Of a stretch of DNA of 39,157 nucleotides, positions 16,034 to 24,150 are shown one piece after another (the first letter of the stretch is position 1; every line of letters starts with the position of its first letter). The notes below the pieces were generated by a model, which was not told where the DNA came from, searched no databases, and saw only the letters and a program-made list of their open reading frames with translations. Source of the DNA: Candidatus Xenobia bacterium (GTDB lineage Bacteria > Vulcanimicrobiota > Xenobia > Xenobiales > QWHO01); assembly GCA_045863235.1 (NCBI GenBank), contig BTUM01000074.1, forward strand, positions 1 through 39,157, read 5' to 3'. The position numbers were made by a program, and so were the translations under genes.

Positions 16034-17699
16034 GCACGGTGTTCTCGGAGAGCTGCAGCAGGTCGCCCGGCTGAAGCTCACGCTCGCGTTCGAGGATGAC
16101 CCCGTTGACCACGGTGGTGGCGCTCCCCACGGGGGCCACCCGCACCTCGTCTTGCAGGGTGAAGAAGGCGTGCTGACGCGAGACGGTGGGATCGTGCAAC
16201 ACGATGGCGCAGTCGGCCAGGCGCCCCAGCACGCTGACCCCTTGCTTGAGGGGGAAGCTCTTGTTCAGGTCGGCCGGCGTTCCTCGGGTGACCCGCAGGA
16301 AGAAACGACCTTCCAGAATGGCCTTCTCACCCTGCTTGGGAGCCGCCGAGGCACGCTGGAACTCCAATCGCGTCGAGCCCAGCTCGATGCTCTCGCCGCC
16401 GAACAAGAACACCTGGCGCACGGCCAGCCCGTTGACCTTGACGTCCGCTCCCGGCAAGCTGCTCAGCTGCAAACCGTTCTCTCTCAACTGCAGCGAGGCC
16501 GCCCGATTGGGGAGCTCGGGGTCCTCCAGCTCGATCTCGTTGGGCTTGAGCCCGGGGGCGCCCAGGGTGATCACCTGGCCTTCCTCCAGCGCCTGCGGGA
16601 AGAGAGGAATCTTGCGCCCCTGCTCGGGCCCGCCGGTACAGACCAGCTGGTAGAGAGGGGCGAAGCTCGACTCCACCGTAGCCAGCGAAATCATCGCAGG
16701 CGCCTGGCTGGCGGTCAGCCGGGTCTCAGGATCTCCAAAGAGGACCATGGCCTGGGAGGCGAGCCAGGGGTCGGGTTGACCTTGAAGGCGACGTCGGGTT
16801 TCCAGCAAGGCCTGGGCCACCGGAACCCCCTGGGACAGGCTCTGGTAAAAGGGCACCCAGAATCGCTCGGCGTGGGCCACATCCCACAGCCAGCCCACCA
16901 CGCTGCGTGCACCCAGGCCGGTCAGGAGCTGGGCCCAGGAGGTCAGAGGCTCGAGCAGGGGACGAGGGGAGCTACCCACGCCCGGATAAAGCGACAGCAC
17001 CACCAGCTCGGGCAGTCGGCCCAGCACCAGCTCGCGCAGATCGTCGCGGGTGACCGGCCGGTCGGAGAGGTGGATGGTGGCGTCCAAACCCTGGCCTCCG
17101 GCGTAGGCCCAGAGGTGCAGCAGGCTGGTTCCCCCCTGGTTGAGCGCCCCCATCAGGGCCAGCTGATCCGACTCCGGACCGCTGAGTACCTGGCACGGCA
17201 TCACCTCCTTGAGGGCCCGCGCGACTTGCTGAGCCTCGGCAGTCGACCAGGGTAGCAGCCCCTGGCTGTCGGCCAGCAGGACCCCCCGCCCGGTGGAGCG
17301 AGGGCTGTCTGTCGGTGGTGGTGCGAGCTGACGGGTCAGGGACCAGAGCTGACCGAGCGGGCCGTGGCCGGGCAGCTCGGCCAGTTCCCAGGGGAGGGTG
17401 CGGTCGGCCGTCTCCAGGATCAGAGTGCCGCCCCCGGAGAGCGCCTCGCGCATCCGTTCGGAGAGCTGCTGGCCCAGCACCCGGGCCAGGTTGGCTGCCG
17501 CCTGCGCGGCACGGGTCGGTTCCGGATCGACCCAGGGCGAGGGCGACAAAGCCACTTGCAGCTCGCCCAGGTGGGTGGACAGCAGCTCATCGGTGGCATC
17601 GGTGAGAGGGATGCTCTCGGTGAGCAAGACCGAGCCCTCTTGCTCGAGCTCGAGCACGAAGTTGAGCAACTCTCTCTGGATGCGCAGCCGGAAGCTCAC
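16002..17699 (-). CDS. CHAT-like domain protein with two FHA domains
   Basis: TLPWELAEL, VLLADSQGLLP, GARSVVGWLWDV, MVLFGDP (CHAT scaffold); C-terminal FHA with VLGRLADCAIVLHDPTVSRQHA...TVVNG...LQPGDLLQLS; first FHA degenerate. Confidence 0.8.
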   Translation of the reverse strand: MSFRLRIQRELLNFVLELEQEGSVLLTESIPLTDATDELLSTHLGELQVALSPSPWVDPEPTRAAQAAANLARVLGQQLSERMREALSGGGTLILETADRTLPWELAELPGHGPLGQLWSLTRQLAPPPTDSPRSTGRGVLLADSQGLLPWSTAEAQQVARALKEVMPCQVLSGPESDQLALMGALNQGGTSLLHLWAYAGGQGLDATIHLSDRPVTRDDLRELVLGRLPELVVLSLYPGVGSSPRPLLEPLTSWAQLLTGLGARSVVGWLWDVAHAERFWVPFYQSLSQGVPVAQALLETRRRLQGQPDPWLASQAMVLFGDPETRLTASQAPAMISLATVESSFAPLYQLVCTGGPEQGRKIPLFPQALEEGQVITLGAPGLKPNEIELEDPELPNRAASLQLRENGLQLSSLPGADVKVNGLAVRQVFLFGGESIELGSTRLEFQRASAAPKQGEKAILEGRFFLRVTRGTPADLNKSFPLKQGVSVLGRLADCAIVLHDPTVSRQHAFFTLQDEVRVAPVGSATTVVNGVILERERELQPGDLLQLSENTVLKFLDARSQS

Positions 17700-17798
17700 C
17701 AGGCGGGGTTCGATCCGGCCCGGTCCCGGCTCCTGCGAAAGATCGGCGAAAGGCGCGAGCTCTATGCTGGGACCATCTTCTCCAAGGAGGACAACCAG

Positions 17799-18134
17799 AT
17801 GCCTTTACCCTTACTGGCGGCCGCGGCAATGATCGCCTCCACGGTGGTCACCGTGGTGCAGGGAGTGCAGATGAACCAGATGATGCAGTCGAGCCAGGAG
17901 CAGAGTCAGGCCAACTTCGACCAGATCATGCAGTCCAACCAGCAGTACAGCCAGTCGAGCAACGAGCAGCTGCTGGCCTGGCGCCAGGAGTCAAACCAGC
18001 AAATGCACGCCTTCTACTCGGCCATGGGGGCCCAGTTCAACATGCCACAAGGTTTCTGGGACGACCTCTTCGGCATCAGCCCGACCCCCACGCCGACCAG
18101 CCCCGCGTCAGGCAACGTCTTTTATCAGGTTTGA
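17799..18134 (+). CDS. Small Gln/Met/Ser-rich hypothetical protein with N-terminal hydrophobic helix
   Basis: AAGGAGG SD before ATG 17799 (MPLPLLAAAAMIASTVVTVVQG). The longer ORF-track version overlaps the CHAT gene antisense. Confidence 0.7.
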   Translation: MPLPLLAAAAMIASTVVTVVQGVQMNQMMQSSQEQSQANFDQIMQSNQQYSQSSNEQLLAWRQESNQQMHAFYSAMGAQFNMPQGFWDDLFGISPTPTPTSPASGNVFYQV

Positions 18135-18147
18135 AAGGAGACCCCCC

Positions 18148-18720
18148 ATGCATTGTTTGAGCTGTCACCAAGAAAACCCCCTCAACCAGAGGTTCTGCCT
18201 GCACTGCCAGGCCCGACTTCCCTGGGTCCCACCCGACACCGGGCCCGGCTTGGAGCTGGAGGAAGGCACCGAATACCTCACGCCCGAGCGGCATTACGCC
18301 AACGAGTACCTGGCCGAGTTCCAGCTCACCGCCTTCGCTTACCTGGACGGAGTGGTCGAGCTGAGCGAGTTGCTCGGCCACTATCGGGGCCTGGCCCTGA
18401 GGCTGGAGCACTTTGTGAAGTCGGAGGTGCCGGGCTGGCTGGCGCGCCTGGCGGTCGAGCAGCTGGAATGGCCAGCTTACCTCTACCCCAGCCAGATGAG
18501 CTACCTTCTGCGCAAGGGCTGCTTTGATACCCGGGCCGGCATGAGCTGTCTGGAGGCCTTCCAGGCCGAGCCCGACGAGGAGCGGCTGCTGCTGGCCTTG
18601 AGGATGCTCCAGACCGGACACGACCACTTCGCCCTGGCCTGGGAGCTTCTCGCGGCCCGGGCCGAAGCGCTGGAAATCGAGGCCCGCCGGCGGCAGCTCG
18701 AGCTGGGGCCAGCTGCCTGA
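18148..18720 (+). CDS. N-terminal zinc-ribbon hypothetical protein
   Basis: AAAGGAG SD; MHCLSCHQENPLNQRFCLHCQARL followed by a helical body. Confidence 0.8.
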   Translation: MHCLSCHQENPLNQRFCLHCQARLPWVPPDTGPGLELEEGTEYLTPERHYANEYLAEFQLTAFAYLDGVVELSELLGHYRGLALRLEHFVKSEVPGWLARLAVEQLEWPAYLYPSQMSYLLRKGCFDTRAGMSCLEAFQAEPDEERLLLALRMLQTGHDHFALAWELLAARAEALEIEARRRQLELGPAA

Positions 18721-18727
18721 TCCCCAC

Positions 18728-18822
18728 CCGGGGCCTGTGCGCCCCCACCGCCCGCGGTGGGGATCCCCACCCTCCGCCGTGGGGCAACCGGAGCCTGTCC
18801 GCCCCCACCGCCCGCGGGGGGG
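18728..18822. repeat. Two 35-nt palindromic direct repeats (period 60) with a related hairpin between, REP/BIME-like
   Basis: 18728-18762 and 18788-18822 differ at 3 positions; core CCCCACCG-CCCG-CGGTGGGG; spacer holds CCCCAC...GTGGGG. Confidence 0.7.
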
Positions 18823-18917
18823 CTGCAAACTGGTAGGAAACGTTCACAGCCAGGACTTTTTCGGTAACGTCCCCTGGCGCTGTAATAAGAGCAATCCCGA
18901 CAGGAGGCCTAGAAATC

Positions 18918-20915
18918 GTGCTCGGTTCCATTCCCAGCTTCCAGATCGCGACCAGAAACCACAGCTTCCCCATCGCGGCCCCCGGCCTGCCCGCGGGCGC
19001 CGGCTCGGCCTTCTGGATGGAGGACCGGAGCCAGCTATCGCTGGCTGCTTACCTGCCAGACTCCGAGCGCCTGCGAAGCTACCTGGCCGCGCAGGGCCTG
19101 GCCCCCGAGCCGTCGACCTGGGCGACGGCGTTCCAGAGGGCCACACAACTGATGCAGCCCGGGGGAATGCCTTCGCTGACCGAGCTCAATGAGAGCCTGT
19201 CGCCCCCGCTCAGCCCGGAAGCTTACGCGGGCTTCCTCCAACAGCTCGAGGAATCGAGGCTGGGGGACGACCCCACCGCCCGGGTCACGGCCCTCAGCCT
19301 GCTCCTGAGCGGCTTTCCGGGGCAGTTGATCGAGCAGGCCCTCGGCCGGCTGGGCCAGGATCACGAGCAGGGCCGGCTCGACCTGGGTGAGCGCCTGCCC
19401 ACCGGCACCGCTCTGAGCCCACCAACTCCCTCCGCCCCATCGAACCAATCGGGCCCCTCCAGCCCGAGCCCAACACCCCACTCCACCCAGCAACCACTGG
19501 CCGAGCTGGAAGCCCGGGTGGCCCGCGAAAGCGAGCAGCTGAGCCGGGCGGAGGGTCTGGTAACCACCTATCAGGCTCGTGCTGCCCAGGCGCAAGAGCA
19601 GGTCCAATCGCTGGAAAGCCGGCTGAACATCCTGCCCGCCAACGACCCGGCGCGCGCCGCTCTGCAAGGACAAATCTCCCAGGCCCGGACCCTGCAGCAA
19701 CAGGCCGAGTCGGCCAGCCGCGCGGCCCGGCAAGAAGCGTCTGCCGCCCGCACTCGCCTCGAGCAGGCCCGGGCCCAGCTGCAACAGGTCCGCCAGCAGC
19801 TCGTTCAAGGCCCGCAAGCGGCCTCGAAGGCCAACCCGGGGCAGCCGCCCGACAGCGAGCGACGCGCGCCCAACGAGACCTTCGTGCTCCAGTTCAACCA
19901 TCCCCAGTACAACCCGGGCGGGCCATCCAGCAGCGCCAACTGCGGACCGGCCTCGGTGGCCATGGCCCTGGCCAATACCTCGCTCTTGCCCGACGAGCTC
20001 GACTACACCGAGGGAGGCTCCTCGCCCCAGGCCACCATCGACGCCGTACGCGTTGCCGGCACCGGAAGCAACGATCCCCATGCCTTCACCAGCATCGGCC
20101 AGATGGAGCGGGCGGCCCGAGCCTACGGCGCCGAGACCCAATCGATCCGCACGATGGACGACATCGACGCCGCCCTGATGCGGGGCGACCAGGTGGTGCT
20201 GGCCGGCAACCCCAACCATCCCGGGGCCTACGGGGTGGGCAACGGCATCAACTACAGCGGCGGACACTTCATCAACGTGACCGCCATGGATACCAGCTAC
20301 CAGCCCCCCCGCTACGTGATTCAGGATCCGCTCAGCCGTCAGGGCAGCCTGGTGGTCACCCAGGAGCAGCTGCAGGCCTACATGAACGCTCCCAACGCCA
20401 CCGGAGTGGAGGGCTTCTCGGTTGGCAACCCGAGCGACGACAACGCTCCCCGCCTGATGGACTCGAGCGCCCTGGGTCAACCCGGGCCGCGCACCACCTC
20501 CACCGCAAGCTACCCTCCCCCTACCCCCGACTCGGTTCCGGCCAACGGGGCGATGGTCCAGCCCTTCATGGGTGGGCTGCCCTCGGAGGTGGGCGGGCTG
20601 CTGGGCGCGGCCGGCCTGAGCCAGGTGGGCGAGCTGCTGCGCGAGGGTGACCTCGAATCGGCCATCAAGCTTCTCTGCCAGGCCATCTTGCAGGCACGCA
20701 CACGGCCTGAGTCCACTCCCGAGGCAGAGCAGCTGACCCAGGTCCTGATGCTGGTGGTGGGCCAGGCCCTGGGGCAGCAGCTCAAGGTCGCGGCGAGCAC
20801 CCGTCTGCTGGTGCAAGCCACCCTCGGCTTCGACCCCTTCACCCTACCATCCCAGACCATGCTGCGCGGCATGCCCGGGGCCTGGCAGCTGGCCCGACAG
20901 GAGAGCCTGCGATGA
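18918..20915 (+). CDS. Coiled-coil protein with peptidase C39-like (papain-fold) domain
   Basis: AGGAGG SD, GTG start. QFN...NCGPASVAMAL (Cys), GGHFINV (His), VIQDP (Asp). Gln/Ala coiled coil upstream; no signal peptide. Confidence 0.8.
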   Translation: MLGSIPSFQIATRNHSFPIAAPGLPAGAGSAFWMEDRSQLSLAAYLPDSERLRSYLAAQGLAPEPSTWATAFQRATQLMQPGGMPSLTELNESLSPPLSPEAYAGFLQQLEESRLGDDPTARVTALSLLLSGFPGQLIEQALGRLGQDHEQGRLDLGERLPTGTALSPPTPSAPSNQSGPSSPSPTPHSTQQPLAELEARVARESEQLSRAEGLVTTYQARAAQAQEQVQSLESRLNILPANDPARAALQGQISQARTLQQQAESASRAARQEASAARTRLEQARAQLQQVRQQLVQGPQAASKANPGQPPDSERRAPNETFVLQFNHPQYNPGGPSSSANCGPASVAMALANTSLLPDELDYTEGGSSPQATIDAVRVAGTGSNDPHAFTSIGQMERAARAYGAETQSIRTMDDIDAALMRGDQVVLAGNPNHPGAYGVGNGINYSGGHFINVTAMDTSYQPPRYVIQDPLSRQGSLVVTQEQLQAYMNAPNATGVEGFSVGNPSDDNAPRLMDSSALGQPGPRTTSTASYPPPTPDSVPANGAMVQPFMGGLPSEVGGLLGAAGLSQVGELLREGDLESAIKLLCQAILQARTRPESTPEAEQLTQVLMLVVGQALGQQLKVAASTRLLVQATLGFDPFTLPSQTMLRGMPGAWQLARQESLR

Positions 20916-21517
20916 TCCTTCGCCTGTTTCGAAAGCTGATTCGACCCGTCCCGAGCCGGGCAGGCCTGCGCGAGCGCAGGGGGACTTTGCGCCACGGCGC
21001 CAACCGGTCGGCTCTCTGCCGACACGGAAAGCGCATCCTGGCAGCCGTCATCCTGGATGAGAGCCACTCGGGCCTGCGCCTGCGGCTCGACCGCTCTCCC
21101 CGCCTGCGCCCCGGCGCCAGGCTCGCCATCGGGGTTCCCAACGGTCTGGGAGTGCTGTGGCAGACCGGCCGGGTGGCCTGGTGGAAAACCAGCGCCGCCC
21201 TGCCGGCGGGGGGCTACGTGGGGCTCTGCCTGCCCCCCTCCGACACCGGAGGGCAGGAGCGGCGGCGGTTTCGCCGCTTTGTCGGACCTGTCGAAGTCGA
21301 GTTGGAGGATGGCACCCGCACCACCTGCCAGAACATCAGCCTGCACGGGATGGCGCTCGCGGCCGGCCGGTCTTCGGGGGCCGTCTGTAAGCTGCGGGTG
21401 GGCGAGAACTGGCTGCGGGGAGTGGCACTGGATCAAGGCCGGGTCGTCTTTCCCAACCCGCCCGACTGGCTGGCCAGGTGGTTGGAGGAGCGGGACTCGA
21501 AGAGCCCCGCTCGATGA
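20912..21517 (+). CDS. Tandem PilZ-domain (c-di-GMP receptor) protein
   Basis: Two RxxxR plus D/NxSxxG pairs: ERRGTLR...DESHSG and ERRRFRR...NISLHG. ATGA overlap with the upstream gene. Confidence 0.75.
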   Translation: MILRLFRKLIRPVPSRAGLRERRGTLRHGANRSALCRHGKRILAAVILDESHSGLRLRLDRSPRLRPGARLAIGVPNGLGVLWQTGRVAWWKTSAALPAGGYVGLCLPPSDTGGQERRRFRRFVGPVEVELEDGTRTTCQNISLHGMALAAGRSSGAVCKLRVGENWLRGVALDQGRVVFPNPPDWLARWLEERDSKSPAR

Positions 21518-21614
21518 ATTCACAACCCTGAGAACCCAGGAAGCAGGCCGAGACGAGCCGAACTTTCAGGCAAGCCATTCCCAAGGCAAATCCGTAACAA
21601 GAGAGGCATCAAAA

Positions 21615-21719
21615 GTGGCCAACAAGAGCGACGGGGTCCGCAAGGAAGTCAAGAAGAAGCCAGCCAAGACTCAAAAGGAAAAGAAAGCCGAAAAGAAGGC
21701 CAAGAAAGACGGCAAGTAG
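21615..21719 (+). CDS. 34-aa Lys-rich small protein
   Basis: GAGAGG SD, GTG start, MANKSDGVRKEVKKKPAKTQKEKKAEKKAKKDGK. Confidence 0.6.
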   Translation: MANKSDGVRKEVKKKPAKTQKEKKAEKKAKKDGK

Positions 21720-21817
21720 CCGGCCGTCGCGATAAGGCGCGGCGCCGTTCAGGAGATTGTCTACACTCCCGCGCCTACGAATTCCGAAAGGTCCACGCGC
21801 GAAAGTGTAGCTCTGAG

Positions 21818-21852
21818 CAAACGGTCGAGCGGAAAGCTCGGCCGTTTGTTTT
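21818..21852 (+). terminator. Rho-independent terminator, possibly bidirectional
   Basis: CAAACGGTCGAGC-GGAAA-GCTCGGCCGTTTG then TTTT; sits between convergent genes. Confidence 0.8.
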
Positions 21853-21857
21853 CCCGC

Positions 21858-23597
21858 TCAGGCAGAGGGCAAGCGCACCTGAAAGCAGGCTCCGCCGCCC
21901 GGGCGGCGGCAGAAGGTCAGCTGGCCCTGATGCAGCTCCACGATCTGCTTGCTGACCGACAGGCCCAGGCCCGTGCCCCGGCCCACCGGCTTGGTCGTGA
22001 AGAAGGGATCGAAGATTCGCTCCTCCACCTCGGGCGGCACTCCCGGGCCATTGTCGGCCACCTCCAGCACCACCCGGTCGCCCTCGGCTCGAACCGTCAC
22101 CTGCACCTCACCACCCCTCTCCCCCACGGCGTCGCGGGCGTTGAGCAGCAAATTGATCAGCACCTGCTGGATCTCGTTGGCATTGCAATAGGCGGAGGGC
22201 GCCTTCTCAAAGAGCGTGCTGACCCGCACCCCGCCGGTCTCCAGCTGGTGGCCGATCAGGCCCAGAGTATCTCGCACCAGTTGCTCCCCGCTCACGCTCT
22301 GGCGTCCGGCCGAGGCGGCGTCGCGGGCATAGTAGAGCAGCTTGGCCACGATCTCGCGGGCCCGCATGACCTCACCCCTGGCCCGCTCCAGGCGCTTGAG
22401 AGCGGCCTCGGAGCGACCCGAGTCGAGGGCCGAGCGGGTGGAGTCGAGGCTGAGCAGCACCGTACCCAGAGGCGTGTTCAGCTCGTGGGCAACTCCCGCC
22501 GCCAACTCGCCCACGGCCGCCAGCTTGCTCGACTGCACCAGCTGGCTGCGCGAGTCTCGCAGGTGCTGGTAAGCCTGCTGCAGCTCAGCATGCAACCAGG
22601 CTCCCGACAGAGCGGCCGAGGCCTGATAGGCCAGAGCGGCCAGCAGGTCTCGCTCGGTGGTCCGGAAGGCATCCAAGGAGCGGTCGCAAAGCGCGATTCC
22701 CCCCAGCAGGCCGCGCTCACCGCGCAAACTCACAGCCGAAAAGCTTCGCTGCCAGGGCCAGAGAGGCGGCTCGTCGGAGAGGTTGCCCAGAAACACGGCC
22801 GACTCTCCCGCCTCAAAGCGAGCCACCAGCTGCTCGAAGCCGGCTGGATCGGGCTCGCAGTTGCTGCGCACCACCTGCCATGAGCCTTCGTGCAGCAGGG
22901 CGACAGCGAAGTCGCAGCCCGGGAACAGGGCCGTGAGCGTCTCCTCGAGATGGCTCACGATCAGGGTCAGGCCGCTCTCCAGGCTGGCAGCCATCTGACC
23001 GGCGGCTTCCAGCAAGCGCTTGAGCCCGGCCGCCCACTCGCTCAAAGCGTGCTCGTGGCGACGCATCTGCTCGGACTCGCGTTCAAGAGTGGCGTAGCGG
23101 CGAGAGAACTCGAGCGCCGGGCTGAGCTGGCCCACCAGCAGGGTCAGCCACTGATGATCGCGCTCCTCGAAGGGCACTCCGGGCTCGCGACTTACGTAGA
23201 GCACGCCCTGGCGCGGAATGGGTAGGGCCAGGGCATTGCTCTCGCCCTCCAGAAGGCGCGGTCCGACGGCCCGCTCGGCGGTCATGGCCAGCACCGCTTT
23301 CTGCCTCCAGCATTGATCCACCAGGGGCTCGCTCACCTGCAGCAGGCTGGCACAACCCAGGCGCTCGGCGTGAGGGCTGGAGAAGCGGGCGGGCACCAGT
23401 TGTCCGCCTTCCTCCAGAAAGATCACCCGGCTGACCCAGCCGCTGCCCAGCTCCAGCACCAGGCGCAGGGCGGCCTCCATCAACTCCTCCGGGGGGGCCC
23501 CCCGCACCAGCAGCCGGTTGATCTGCTCGCGCAGACGGCATTCCAGGGTGCGATCCTCCAGTTGACGGCGCAGCGCCTCGGGCGACTGGGGCAGCAC
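21858..23597 (-). CDS. Cytoplasmic GAF-GAF sensor histidine kinase (NtrB-like core)
   Basis: H box GVAHELNTPL, N box QVLINLLLNARDA, DNGPG, FDPFFTTK, GTGLGL; two GAF-like segments; no transmembrane helix. Confidence 0.92.
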   Translation of the reverse strand: MLPQSPEALRRQLEDRTLECRLREQINRLLVRGAPPEELMEAALRLVLELGSGWVSRVIFLEEGGQLVPARFSSPHAERLGCASLLQVSEPLVDQCWRQKAVLAMTAERAVGPRLLEGESNALALPIPRQGVLYVSREPGVPFEERDHQWLTLLVGQLSPALEFSRRYATLERESEQMRRHEHALSEWAAGLKRLLEAAGQMAASLESGLTLIVSHLEETLTALFPGCDFAVALLHEGSWQVVRSNCEPDPAGFEQLVARFEAGESAVFLGNLSDEPPLWPWQRSFSAVSLRGERGLLGGIALCDRSLDAFRTTERDLLAALAYQASAALSGAWLHAELQQAYQHLRDSRSQLVQSSKLAAVGELAAGVAHELNTPLGTVLLSLDSTRSALDSGRSEAALKRLERARGEVMRAREIVAKLLYYARDAASAGRQSVSGEQLVRDTLGLIGHQLETGGVRVSTLFEKAPSAYCNANEIQQVLINLLLNARDAVGERGGEVQVTVRAEGDRVVLEVADNGPGVPPEVEERIFDPFFTTKPVGRGTGLGLSVSKQIVELHQGQLTFCRRPGGGACFQVRLPSA

Positions 23598-23598
23598 C

Positions 23599-24117
23599 TC
23601 AGCGCTTCCAGCCCAGCTTCCACCAGCGCGAGCGGCCCAGCGAAGCCTGACAGTGGCTGCACTTTCCGCTCTTGACCAGGGTACAGCGCTCGCAACTCGG
23701 GCACAAAGTCGTTTCGGGCGAGAGCACCAGCAGCGAGAGCCGATCGTCCAGGCCCTTGCCGATCCGGATCAGCAGGCGCAAAGGGTCGGCCTGCAGCTCG
23801 GTGGGACGGTCATGCCACTGCTCGCTCTCGAGCAGGGCGGCGATCGAAGCCGGGGGACGGGGAAAGCACTGCTCGAGGAAGGCGCCGGCCAGGTCTCGGG
23901 CCAGCTGCGACTGGGGCTTCTGGCTGGCCAGATCGCGAGCGATCAAGAGCTCGGCCGCCTGGACCCGTTCCCCCTCGAGCTGAAGTTGCAGCTCGACCAG
24001 CCCGCGCATGCGGTAGCCCGAAGGACGAAAGCCGCGTACGTCGCCCACCTGATAGTCTCTCACCAACCCGAAGGCTCGGAAGAACTCGCTCTGGGGGTCG
24101 AGGGGACGGTCGATCAC
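23599..24117 (-). CDS. Hypothetical protein with C-terminal zinc ribbon
   Basis: Ends LCPSCERCTLVKSGKCSHCQASLGRSRWWKLGWKR; abuts the kinase start. Confidence 0.65.
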   Translation of the reverse strand: MIDRPLDPQSEFFRAFGLVRDYQVGDVRGFRPSGYRMRGLVELQLQLEGERVQAAELLIARDLASQKPQSQLARDLAGAFLEQCFPRPPASIAALLESEQWHDRPTELQADPLRLLIRIGKGLDDRLSLLVLSPETTLCPSCERCTLVKSGKCSHCQASLGRSRWWKLGWKR

Positions 24118-24150
24118 CTGCCTGCCATTGGGCGAGCGGGGGCCGATCTC

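Noticed and set aside
18728..18822. Mini CRISPR array
   Set aside because: Only two copies, the spacer is itself a related palindrome, and no cas genes or leader are present.
21560..21600. c-di-GMP-I riboswitch or ECF promoter near the PilZ gene (GAACTT...GGCAAA...CGTAA)
   Set aside because: No GAAA-capped stem or GCAAAG element for the riboswitch; spacing too long for an ECF promoter.
21757..21810. 17-codon ORF MSTLPRLRIPKGPRAKV after AGGAG
   Set aside because: SD only 1 nt from the TTG start; the region is better explained as RNA structure.
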